Part shown: one piece after another, positions 40,705-49,022 of the stretch
Layout: every line of letters begins with the position of its first letter
Numbering within the stretch: position 1 is the stretch's first letter
Assembly: GCA_948562205.1 (NCBI GenBank)
Contig: CAOYAN010000008.1
Location: 1,453-65,452, forward strand
Direction: 5' to 3'
Source: an uncultured Clostridia bacterium
GTDB lineage: Bacteria; Bacillota; Clostridia; TANB77; CAG-465
DNA length: 64,000 nt
The notes under the pieces: generated by a model
Seen by the model: the letters and a program-made list of their open reading frames with translations, nothing else
The model's database searches: none
What the model was told of the DNA's origin: nothing
Program-made: the position numbers and the translations under genes

Positions 40705-42315
40705 TTAATATACTTTTTCATCTGTAGATTGATTTAACAATTTATTAATACTATTATTTATCATATCTATTGTATCTGAAGGTTTATAAAAATAATAACC
40801 TTGTACAAGTTTTACTCCAAATTTTTTTAATATATCTAATTCCTCTTTACTTTCTACTCCAACAACTAATATATTTACTCCATTTACAAGACCAAAAGTA
40901 ACAAGCTCATTAATATATTTTTGCTTTTGAATATCATTTACTATACCTCTAACAAGTGACATATCTGGAATAATGTAATCTACATCTAAAAAATTTATAT
41001 CATCTATTGTAAGGGTACCTGTACCAAATTGGTCAAGTGCTACAAGTCCACTATGTTCATGTATAGTTTGAATAATAAGTTGTAATTTAGATAAATCTTG
41101 TTTTTCATAGTTGTGAAATTCTACAACAATTTTATTTCTTGCCATCATATCATAAAGTCTTGGCTTATTTATATATTTTTCATAACTTACAAGATCTGTA
41201 TTAACAAACAATATATTTGATTCCTTGTTTATAATTTTTTCAAATTCATCTATTCCATTTATAAATAAAGCTTGTTGTAATCTTTCATTTTTTCCAGTCT
41301 CTACTGCATAATTTAGTAGTTCTAATATTTCAACTTTTTTATTACTCTTTATTCTAGTAAATACTTCATATCCAAATACACTACAAGATTGTAAATCAAT
41401 TACTGGTTGATAAACTGATTTTACTTTTTTCCTACTTATAATATTATCAATTAAATTATCTAATTCAGTAGTTGACATATCGTCAAATTCTGATGATTCT
41501 TCTTTTACTTCGTCTATTAATTCTTCTGTTTCTATGCTTGCCAAAGTAAAATATGAATTTATAAATTCTATATACTTATTTTTTGTTAATTTATATTTAT
41601 TATATACTTCTACACTTTTAGCTTTTGCATCTGAGTCCTTAACATCAATTAAAAGGTAAAATAATTCTTTACTACCACTAAGCTCATTTGCCAAAAATTT
41701 CATATTATCATAAGTTACTTCGCCCTCATTTAAAAACTTATCATGATATTTTATAAGTGTAAGTATTATCTGTTTTTCTTTATCTGAAAATTCAAATCTA
41801 TTTAAAATTCCTACTGCAAGTTCAACTGATTTATCATCATGACCTACAAAGCTTTCTCTTCCTTCTTCTGATATAGTTTTAACATATGGTTTACCTATAT
41901 CATGTAATAACATTGTCCATTTTAAAACTTTTTTTTGCCAATCTCCTATTGGTATTTGTGGATTTCCAACAGCCTCAATTGTAGTTAGAATATGTTTAAA
42001 TACTCCATACTTATGATATGGTGAATTTTGTTGACAATTTATAACATTTTCACCATACTTATTAACTTCATAAAATTCTGGAAATTGTCTTCTAAATATT
42101 GGATCTTGGCTAACTTTTGTTAATATAAACGCAACATTTTCATCACATAATATATTAGTATATGTCTCTGTAAGCATATGTGGATTTTCATCATATATTT
42201 TTAAGTTTGCTATAATTGATCTAATTTTTGCAAGTTCTCTTGCATCCATTATACTTGCTGATATGTTTACCATATCCATATCAAAAACACCTTCATAGCC
42301 CTCATACCTAGTCAT
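40705..42315 (-). CDS. HD-domain plus EAL-domain protein (putative c-di-GMP phosphodiesterase)
   Basis: HD region HKYGVFKHIL...LLHDIGKP...GHDDKS. C-terminal EAL-type domain: YQPVIDL, GYEVFTR, LDQFGTG, VVGVESKEE, QGYYFYKP. Confidence 0.75.
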   Translation of the reverse strand: MTRYEGYEGVFDMDMVNISASIMDARELAKIRSIIANLKIYDENPHMLTETYTNILCDENVAFILTKVSQDPIFRRQFPEFYEVNKYGENVINCQQNSPYHKYGVFKHILTTIEAVGNPQIPIGDWQKKVLKWTMLLHDIGKPYVKTISEEGRESFVGHDDKSVELAVGILNRFEFSDKEKQIILTLIKYHDKFLNEGEVTYDNMKFLANELSGSKELFYLLIDVKDSDAKAKSVEVYNKYKLTKNKYIEFINSYFTLASIETEELIDEVKEESSEFDDMSTTELDNLIDNIISRKKVKSVYQPVIDLQSCSVFGYEVFTRIKSNKKVEILELLNYAVETGKNERLQQALFINGIDEFEKIINKESNILFVNTDLVSYEKYINKPRLYDMMARNKIVVEFHNYEKQDLSKLQLIIQTIHEHSGLVALDQFGTGTLTIDDINFLDVDYIIPDMSLVRGIVNDIQKQKYINELVTFGLVNGVNILVVGVESKEELDILKKFGVKLVQGYYFYKPSDTIDMINNSINKLLNQSTDEKVY

Positions 42316-42461
42316 ATAAAAACCTCTCTCTCAAATTATTTCTATCATAATGATACTATAAAAAGTTAAAAATTGCAATATTAATATTTTATTATTAATT
42401 TAGCATATACTTATATTAAAATGTAATTTAATTGCATTTTTTACTTTTTTTCTCATTTTAG

Positions 42462-42490
42462 TTGACATTTTCACATTTTAAATGTATAAT
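42462..42490 (+). promoter_or_regulatory. sigma-A promoter of rplM-rpsI
   Basis: TTGACA (42462-67), 17 nt, TATAAT (42485-90), then an approximately 80-nt leader. Confidence 0.7.
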
Positions 42491-42572
42491 ATATGAGTAT
42501 TAATAGTTAGTCAACTATACCCCGGAAAAGTTGAACTATCTACATCAATTTATTTTAGGAGGAAATTCAATT

Positions 42573-43007
42573 ATGAATAATACTACACATAGCGTAAAAG
42601 CTAGCGAAATCGAAAAAAAATGGTATGTGATAGATGCAGCACAAAAACCTCTTGGTAGAGTTGCAACAGAAGCAGCTAGATTACTAAAAGGAAAACACAA
42701 ACCAACTTACTCTACACATCTTGATTGTGGAGATTATGTAATAGTTATAAACTCAGATAAGATAGTTTTAACTGGTAATAAATTAAACAATAAAGTTTAC
42801 AGACATCATTCTGGTTACATCGGTGGAATGAAAGAAACTTCTTATAAAGACCTAATGGCTAATAATTCTGATAAAGCTTTATTATTAGCAGTAAAAGGTA
42901 TGTTACCTAAAAATACATTAGGAAGAGAAATGCTTACCAAATTAAGAGTATTTAAAGGCGAAGAGCACAATCACGAAGCTCAAAAACCTGAAAAATGGGA
43001 ATTTTAG
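42573..43007 (+). CDS. rplM: 50S ribosomal protein L13
   Basis: KKWYVIDA..PLGRVATEAARLLKGKHKPTY. I chose the ATG at 42573, after a GGAGG RBS. Confidence 0.95.
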   Translation: MNNTTHSVKASEIEKKWYVIDAAQKPLGRVATEAARLLKGKHKPTYSTHLDCGDYVIVINSDKIVLTGNKLNNKVYRHHSGYIGGMKETSYKDLMANNSDKALLLAVKGMLPKNTLGREMLTKLRVFKGEEHNHEAQKPEKWEF

Positions 43008-43019
43008 GAGGAATAAGAA

Positions 43020-43415
43020 ATGGCAAAGAAAGAATACATTTATGCAACAGGAAAAAGAAAATCTTCAATAGCTAGAGTAAACATCATTCCTGGAACTGGA
43101 AAAATAACTGTAAATAAAAAAGATATGAATGAAATGTTTACATTAGATACATTAAAAGCTATTATTTTAAAACCATTCAATGTTGCTAACATGATGGAAA
43201 AATATGACGTAGAAGCTACAGTACATGGTGGTGGATTTGCTGGTCAAGCAGGAGCTATAGCTCATGGTATTGCAAAAGCACTTGCAACTACAGATCCTGA
43301 AGTTCGTACTATATTAAAAAGAAATGGTCTTTTAACTAGAGATTCTAGAGTAAAAGAAAGAAGAAAATATGGTCTTAAAAAAGCAAGAAAAGCACCACAA
43401 TTCAGCAAAAGATAA
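43020..43415 (+). CDS. rpsI: 30S ribosomal protein S9
   Basis: [12 protein letters not shown] ... C-terminal [18 protein letters not shown]. Confidence 0.97.
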   Translation: MAKKEYIYATGKRKSSIARVNIIPGTGKITVNKKDMNEMFTLDTLKAIILKPFNVANMMEKYDVEATVHGGGFAGQAGAIAHGIAKALATTDPEVRTILKRNGLLTRDSRVKERRKYGLKKARKAPQFSKR

Positions 43416-43438
43416 GAAGCTTTTTATACAGAATATCA

Positions 43439-43470
43439 AAACCTCAGAAGTCTCAATACTTCCGAGGTTT
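43439..43470 (+). terminator. rpsI intrinsic terminator (repeat copy 1)
   Basis: AAACCTCAGAAGT ... ACTTCCGAGGTTT stem with one mismatch, followed by a T-run. Confidence 0.8.
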
Positions 43471-43477
43471 TATATTA

Positions 43478-43722
43478 TTAAATTAATTTATCAATATCTC
43501 TTTTGCTATAAAATATATGTAATACTATCATAATATTATTTTTAATTGTATAAAAAATAGTAAAATTTTTTAAATATATTCTATACCAATTATATTTTCT
43601 ATTTTTATCAGTCCTATATACTTCAAATATTTATGGATGATTTACTCTAAGTTTAATAGACTTTTCGATATTGTCTACTAAATTATTAGCTACATTTATA
43701 TTTTTTAGTTCAAAAGATATAA
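43478..43722 (-). pseudogene. ParE/RelE-family toxin remnant
   Basis: Own translation: ...ISFELKNINVANNLVDNIEKSIKLRVNHP*IFEVYRTDKNRKYNWYRIYLKNFTIFYTIKNNIMIVLHIFYSKRDIDKLI*. No start codon, in-frame TAA at 43631-33. The C-terminal YRI...I.Y.I....I.IL.IFH..RD pattern is typical of ParE/RelE toxins. Confidence 0.65.
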
Positions 43723-43743
43723 GATTTTATACAGATATCAAAA

Positions 43744-43773
43744 AATCTCAGAAGTATCATTTCTTCTGAGATT
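43744..43773. terminator. bidirectional terminator (repeat copy 2 of the rpsI terminator)
   Basis: AATCTCAGAAG-tatcattt-CTTCTGAGATT, flanked by A6 and T5. The segment at about 43722-43780 is roughly 80% identical to 43419-43476, with compensatory stem changes. Confidence 0.75.
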
Positions 43774-43780
43774 TTTATTC

Positions 43781-43948
43781 TTAATAATTATTTCTTTGTT
43801 GTTTTCTTGCATTTCTGCATTCTTTACATCTTACTGGTTGATTTGTAAATCCTTTTTCTGCATAAAATGCTTGCTCACCAGCAGTAAAAACAAATTCTTT
43901 TCCACAATCTTTACATTTAAGTGTGATATCTTCATAATTTGATTCCAT
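43781..43948 (-). CDS. small zinc-ribbon protein (55 aa), absent from the ORF track
   Basis: Own translation: MESNYEDITLKCKDCGKEFVFTAGEQAFYAEKGFTNQPVRCKECRNARKQQRNNY*. GAAGGAGGG RBS 7 nt upstream. CxxC ... CxxC. Terminator immediately downstream. Confidence 0.75.
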   Translation of the reverse strand: MESNYEDITLKCKDCGKEFVFTAGEQAFYAEKGFTNQPVRCKECRNARKQQRNNY

Positions 43949-44131
43949 TTTTTAACCCTCCTTCTAGAAATTTTTGAATTACTTTTTTACTTGACCAATC
44001 TAAAAAGAAGGTAAAATATTTTAAAATAATTTCACGTTTCTTGCGAAACTTTTTATAGTATATCATAAATCTAAGTAAAATACAAGCTTTTTTAGTATAT
44101 TTATAAAAATATATTCATATTTAATTTATAT

Positions 44132-44571
44132 TTATTCATATTTTCCTGGTACTACTTTCTTTTCAAGAAATTTTAAATTGTCTGGTAAATGATAACTCTT
44201 AATATGCTTAAACTCTTCAAGTTTTATATTTCCCATATGATCAGCCTTAAAAGTAATCTCATCTATTCCAATTGTATCATGTGGACCAAGATATGGATAA
44301 CTAATAAATGTAATAATAATATTAGATCTTTCTTGTTCAATTTTCTTTAAATTAACAGTATAATACATTACTTGTGGTAACTTTACATAGTAATCTTTAT
44401 AAAACTCATCTGAGACCTGTTTAATCCTACCTAAATATGTATTATAATTGCCTGATCACATTTTGAATTATTACTAATTTGTGCAACACATAGATTATCT
44501 TTAATAGAAAATACATTATATAAAACTAAACATGCTATAAGAAAGGTACATACTAAAATTATTTTTTTCAA
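44132..44571 (-). pseudogene. frameshifted secreted/lipoprotein-like gene
   Basis: TTG at 44571 after GGTGAG gives signal peptide KKIILVCTFLIACLVLYNVFS..., ending at TAG (44441-43). The remainder (...GNYNTYLGRIKQVSDEFYKDYYVKLPQVMYYTVNLKK... to 44132) is in another frame that is open from 44465. Confidence 0.6.
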
Positions 44572-44602
44572 ATTACTCACCTATATAATTATATTCTAAT
44601 CT

Positions 44603-44920
44603 TCATTTAATATAATTATATAATCTTACATATTTATCTACATCAATATTATCTTTAAATAACACTTTCATATCTCCATTTTTTATCAAATTTTCTTTTT
44701 GTAATTTTGATAATTTCTTTATATGAAATTCTAATTTAGATGCATATACTCTATTTTCAGTTTGCTATACACATTCTAATTTTTGAGATAAATGAGTCTT
44801 TGTATATTTAGCACATTTTTCAGTTTTATTAAAATGTTCACTCATTCTACGATTTATATCTGTTGTTATACCTGTATATATTGAATTATCCTCACATCTT
44901 AACATATAAACATAATACAT
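44603..44920 (-). pseudogene. GIY-YIG nuclease family (UPF0213-like) gene with premature TAG
   Basis: Own translation: MYYVYMLRCEDNSIYTGITTDINRRMSEHFNKTEKCAKYTKTHLSQKLECV*QTENRVYASKLEFHIKKLSK.... The TAG at 44765-67 sits where I would expect a Trp codon (TGG) on the assumption of a conserved aromatic position. GAGG RBS. Confidence 0.7.
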
Positions 44921-44928
44921 ATATTACC

Positions 44929-45366
44929 TCAAAATTTCTTTCTTAAAAAATAATCAATTGTACCTGGTGGACAGTCTTCAAATGTTGCATATACTTCATA
45001 TCCCATTTTTTCATAAAAGCCTCTTGCTTGAAAATTCCATGTTTCCATTCTAACACCTAAAGCATTATTTTTTACTGCACATTCTTCCACCTTTTTTATT
45101 AGCATTGTACCAATTCCATTTTTCCTATAATTTTCATCTAGCCATAATTCATCAAGAAAATACCAACCAAATTTAATACTACCGACTGCACCACCAATTA
45201 ATTTTTCATTATCATATACACCAAAATTATGATATTTAACTTCTACATCTGAATTTTTTCTAATCCATTCACATTTACTTTTGTTAAACTCATGTAAATT
45301 ATCACTTATTATATCTGCAAATTTTTTACTACTATTACTTTTTATACAAACCATATTACACCTCAA
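44929..45366 (-). CDS. GNAT family N-acetyltransferase
   Basis: 145 aa. Acetyl-CoA motif A region RKNGIGTMLIKKVEE and C-terminal FYEKMGY. Confidence 0.8.
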   Translation of the reverse strand: MRCNMVCIKSNSSKKFADIISDNLHEFNKSKCEWIRKNSDVEVKYHNFGVYDNEKLIGGAVGSIKFGWYFLDELWLDENYRKNGIGTMLIKKVEECAVKNNALGVRMETWNFQARGFYEKMGYEVYATFEDCPPGTIDYFLRKKF

Positions 45367-45368
45367 AA

Positions 45369-45779
45369 TTAAAATAATACCATACCTGCTCCAAGCCCTG
45401 CCTCATTTCTTGTAGAAAATCCAAACTTTTTATAAAAGTCCTCTTTACCACTTGAAGCTCCAAGATATGTTCTAATACTAGGATTTATCTTTTTTAATTC
45501 ATCTACTTTATTTAATATATTAACCATTATATTAGATCCTATATTTTTAGATTGATACTCTGGAATAACCATTATATCTTGAATGTACAAAAAAATAGTT
45601 TTATCGCCAATAATTCTTCCAAAACCTATTATATTATCATCATCATAAACACATAATGTATATATAGAATTTTTAAGTGCCTCATCTACTATTTCTTCTT
45701 TTCTCTCTCCCCAACCAACTTTATTTGTTAAATAATTAAATTCTTTTGCAGTTGGTAATTTTTCCACATACTTTATCAC
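45369..45779 (-). CDS. GNAT family N-acetyltransferase
   Basis: 136 aa. QSKNIGSNIM motif A-like and FYKKFGF. Confidence 0.8.
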   Translation of the reverse strand: MIKYVEKLPTAKEFNYLTNKVGWGERKEEIVDEALKNSIYTLCVYDDDNIIGFGRIIGDKTIFLYIQDIMVIPEYQSKNIGSNIMVNILNKVDELKKINPSIRTYLGASSGKEDFYKKFGFSTRNEAGLGAGMVLF

Positions 45780-45809
45780 TATAATCCCTCCTCTTACTAC
45801 TATTATACA

Positions 45810-46712
45810 TTAATTTATAATTTTATCAAATATCGATATTTGTTCGTTTTCAATAATTTCTTTCTTATATGAATTAATAATATCTTTCATATTATATAGT
45901 ATACCATATTTCTCACATTCTGATTTAAACACACTATATAATCTTTTATAATTTGGAACAATTGCACTATATTTATCTTTATATACCATTTCATATTTTT
46001 TTCTCAAATTTTTAAATTCTATGTCTAATATATCATAATAATACTCTCTTTGATTATCTCTAAGAGTCATCCCCATATATGTATGAATAAACCTAGCACC
46101 GTTTTCATATGCTAATTTTACTAATTTTTTTATATCTTCTTCATTATCTGTAATAAATGGCAATACAGGATTTAGCATAATTCCAACAAATATACCACTA
46201 TCAGAAAGTTTCTTTATCGCATTAAATCTTTTTGAAGATGCACACACATTAGGCTCAATTACTTTTGATAAACTATCATATGGTGTGGTAATTGTAAACT
46301 TTACTATAACATTATTTTTATTACTTATTTCTTTTAATAAATCTATATCCCTTAAGATCAAATCACTTTTAGTATCAATAGATACACCATAACCATATTT
46401 TAGTATTAGTTTTAGTGCACCTCTTGTAAGTTCATATTTTCTCTCTTGTAGGTTATATGTATCAGACATAGCACCAATACCAATAACTCCTTTTTTTCTC
46501 TTTTTAATAAGTTCTTTTTCTAAAATATCAAGTGCGTCTTCCTTTATTTTTACTTCATCAAATTTTTCTATGTTATAACAACTACTTCTACTATCACAGT
46601 ATATACAGCCATGCGAACATCCTTTATACAAATTCATATTATAATCTATTCCATACCACTCATTACCATATTTTACTTTTGTAAGAATTGTTTTTGCTTT
46701 AATATATTTCAT
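45810..46712 (-). CDS. radical SAM protein, SPL/DNA-photolyase-like (COG1533-type)
   Basis: CSHGCIYCDS CxxxCxxC cluster near the N-terminus. 300 aa. Overall layout resembles spore-photoproduct-lyase-family radical SAM proteins. Confidence 0.7.
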   Translation of the reverse strand: MKYIKAKTILTKVKYGNEWYGIDYNMNLYKGCSHGCIYCDSRSSCYNIEKFDEVKIKEDALDILEKELIKKRKKGVIGIGAMSDTYNLQERKYELTRGALKLILKYGYGVSIDTKSDLILRDIDLLKEISNKNNVIVKFTITTPYDSLSKVIEPNVCASSKRFNAIKKLSDSGIFVGIMLNPVLPFITDNEEDIKKLVKLAYENGARFIHTYMGMTLRDNQREYYYDILDIEFKNLRKKYEMVYKDKYSAIVPNYKRLYSVFKSECEKYGILYNMKDIINSYKKEIIENEQISIFDKIIN

Positions 46713-46720
46713 AAAAACAC

Positions 46721-47461
46721 CTATTTATATAGTTTATCAATACTATTTTTATTAAGAAGTGTATTAGATAAAAATTTCCCATCTTTAAAGACTGCCCAGT
46801 TGTTAAAAATACAAGGAACTGATTTTGCTTTTTCTAAAGTATTAACTTCATTAAATACAATATTAATATTATTTTCTATCATATATTCTTTTGCCTCTTT
46901 AACACAATTTAAAGTAAATGGGCACTGAGAAGAATAATAAATTGTTAAATCTTTACTATCTACTTTTCCACACCTTACACTATCTCTAAACTTAGGAATA
47001 CTTGTGTCAAAAGATAGAGCAAGTAATTCATAGTCTTCTACTGTATCCACTACTTCAAAACCATACTTTAAAAAGAAAGACTTCTCAGATATAAAAGGTT
47101 TCTTTTTCTTAGATGAAATTGTGCAAATACCACTTTTCCCTTTACTTTTTGCATCATTTATTGCATATTCTAATAACTCTTTGCCATAACCATTATTTTT
47201 AAAACTTCCAGCTACCCATAAGCAATAAATATACATATAGTTTTCTCCTTCTATAGGGACCCAAGCTTTGTCAAGTGGTGCATATTCAATAAATATTTTT
47301 CCTTTGGCATTAAGCTTTCTAAATACATGTCCCTCTTTAATTCTATCTTTTAACCAATCTTTTTTATTTAAAACTCCTGCTTCATGCTTTTTATCAGAAA
47401 TAGCACAACATAAATGTTCACTATCTATATTTTGTAACGTTAAATTAATATATTCACTCAT
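46721..47461 (-). CDS. GNAT acetyltransferase with C-terminal YoaP-like domain
   Basis: GNAT core (NNGYGKELLEYAI, LKYGF) plus an approximately 90-aa Cys-containing C-terminal extension (YYSSQCPF...) as in YoaP. I chose the ATG at 47461. Confidence 0.65.
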   Translation of the reverse strand: MSEYINLTLQNIDSEHLCCAISDKKHEAGVLNKKDWLKDRIKEGHVFRKLNAKGKIFIEYAPLDKAWVPIEGENYMYIYCLWVAGSFKNNGYGKELLEYAINDAKSKGKSGICTISSKKKKPFISEKSFFLKYGFEVVDTVEDYELLALSFDTSIPKFRDSVRCGKVDSKDLTIYYSSQCPFTLNCVKEAKEYMIENNINIVFNEVNTLEKAKSVPCIFNNWAVFKDGKFLSNTLLNKNSIDKLYK

Positions 47462-47481
47462 AACATACCCCAATCTAAATA

Positions 47482-48117
47482 TTATATATTAGAATTTATA
47501 TAACATTTTATTTTATCATAATATTTATTTACTAAATCTTTAGTATATACTTTTTCTTTAGTAGAATTACGAACTTCTCCCCATAAAATAGAGGCAACTT
47601 TTAATTTATTAGAAAAAATGTTACTTTTTGTATCTTCACAAAAATCTTTAAAGAATTTATTCCACTGACAAGATGAATTATCATATTTAGCATATTCCTT
47701 TTTACCATAATATATATCTAACATATCTCTTAGAGTAAAAGATGTATCAAAATCTTCTTTCACTTTTTTAGCTGTAGCTACCATATCAGAATTAAATTTA
47801 AAATTTTTGTCACCTGTTACATTAGAAAAAAAATCTCTAAACTTTTGATTAAAGCAAAACCCACACTCAATTAATTTTGTATCTAGTGTAATATTATTTG
47901 TAACTATATAAGGTTTTCTATATTTTTTTACCTTTTTAATCAAATTTCCTTTAAAATATTCTTCTATATTATGAATTAATTCAAGTTTATTTCCAGAATA
48001 ATCAATACAAAGATCCTTACATATATTCTTCAATTCATCCCTATACCAGTAATACTTGATAAACTCTTGGTACGAAGAAATATCACAAAAATCTGGTCTA
48101 TTTTTCAAACTCACCAC
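47482..48117 (-). CDS. hypothetical protein with SAP-like N-terminal motif
   Basis: 211 aa. RPDF..ISSYQEFIKYYWYRDELKNICKDLCIDYSGNKLELIHNIEEYF resembles a SAP/HeH DNA-binding motif. The start abuts the upstream stop. Confidence 0.45.
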   Translation of the reverse strand: MVSLKNRPDFCDISSYQEFIKYYWYRDELKNICKDLCIDYSGNKLELIHNIEEYFKGNLIKKVKKYRKPYIVTNNITLDTKLIECGFCFNQKFRDFFSNVTGDKNFKFNSDMVATAKKVKEDFDTSFTLRDMLDIYYGKKEYAKYDNSSCQWNKFFKDFCEDTKSNIFSNKLKVASILWGEVRNSTKEKVYTKDLVNKYYDKIKCYINSNI

Positions 48118-48324
48118 CTACTTTAGTTTCTTAAAAATAACATTTTTATTCTTCATAGATATTTTAAAAACTTCATAACCATAATCTTTTAGTTCTTTTT
48201 TATATGTCAAAAAGGAATGATCAATATCAAATCCTAAAATCTTTTTAATTTCTTCAAAAGACAATATATACTCTTGTTTTTCATTATCTTTTATATATTC
48301 CCATAACTTATTATACTTACTCAT
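48118..48324 (-). CDS. hypothetical small protein
   Basis: 68 aa. The LSFEEIKKILGF..DHSFLTYKKEL motif recurs in many small uncharacterised proteins. GGAGG RBS. Confidence 0.5.
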   Translation of the reverse strand: MSKYNKLWEYIKDNEKQEYILSFEEIKKILGFDIDHSFLTYKKELKDYGYEVFKISMKNKNVIFKKLK

Positions 48325-48341
48325 ATTCTTCCTCCAAATTA

Positions 48342-48965
48342 TTATTTTTCAAGTAACCTATATCTTAACACAGTTTTTAATTTATCTTGTTTAGTTTTTC
48401 TAGCATCAGATAAATATATCTCTCTATGTACCAAAGTAGTTAATTTTAAATTATTTTCATCTATATAGTTTCTCATAATTTTAAAACTTTCTTCTTCGTT
48501 ATCATAGGAGCCAATATGTAACATTTGAACACATAATCCATCATTTATACTTTCAAAATATACGTTATCTACTAAACTATTTTTATTCTTCATTTTTACA
48601 ATATCTACTGCCCTATTAAAAATATCTTCATCTACAAAATCAGGTTGTTTTATCATAATAGTATATAATAGCTCATTTTTATTAAATGTATCACTATTTT
48701 TGCCTTTATCTGTAATATCCCATAATCCCTCTAAAGGATACACACTATATTCAAAATACCCATTTGGTGTATAACCTTTCTTTGGCATCATTTTAACAGT
48801 ATAACTTAACTGATATAGCACACTTATCTTATCTGAAAATTCTTTGTTATTAGGATTTCCTTTCCCCTTAATACAAAAATATTTTGCCTCTTTAATATTT
48901 ACAAGCTCTGGCTTACTTTTAGGCAAATATATATCTTTTTCTTGCTTTTTCCATTCATATTTCAT
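48342..48965 (-). CDS. GyrI-like small-molecule-binding domain protein
   Basis: 207 aa. YLPKSKPELVNIKEAKYFCIKGKGNPN ... HIGSYDNEEESF ... REIYLSD pattern typical of GyrI-like/effector-binding proteins. Confidence 0.7.
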   Translation of the reverse strand: MKYEWKKQEKDIYLPKSKPELVNIKEAKYFCIKGKGNPNNKEFSDKISVLYQLSYTVKMMPKKGYTPNGYFEYSVYPLEGLWDITDKGKNSDTFNKNELLYTIMIKQPDFVDEDIFNRAVDIVKMKNKNSLVDNVYFESINDGLCVQMLHIGSYDNEEESFKIMRNYIDENNLKLTTLVHREIYLSDARKTKQDKLKTVLRYRLLEK

Positions 48966-48993
48966 TTTCTCACCTCATACATAATATACACTA

Positions 48994-49022
48994 TTTAATA
49001 TGACAACATATGTCATATTAAA
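48994..49022. repeat. 12-bp perfect inverted repeat at the WYL-regulator stop / GyrI-like gene upstream region
   Basis: TTTAATATGACA-acata-TGTCATATTAAA. The right arm overlaps the stop codon at 49018-20. Confidence 0.6.

Noticed and set aside
42491-42572. Possible ribosomal-protein L13 leader RNA upstream of rplM.
   Set aside because: An approximately 80-nt leader with a small TAGTT/AACTA hairpin exists. I cannot match it to the known L13 leader structure by eye, so it needs an Rfam scan and is not reported as a feature.
44765-44767. In-frame TAG (and other internal stops in the accessory region) as evidence of stop-codon recoding or an alternative genetic code.
   Set aside because: TAA, TAG and TGA all terminate well-conserved housekeeping genes in this window at the expected lengths. 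The internal stops co-occur with frameshifts in the same region, so decay is the simpler explanation.
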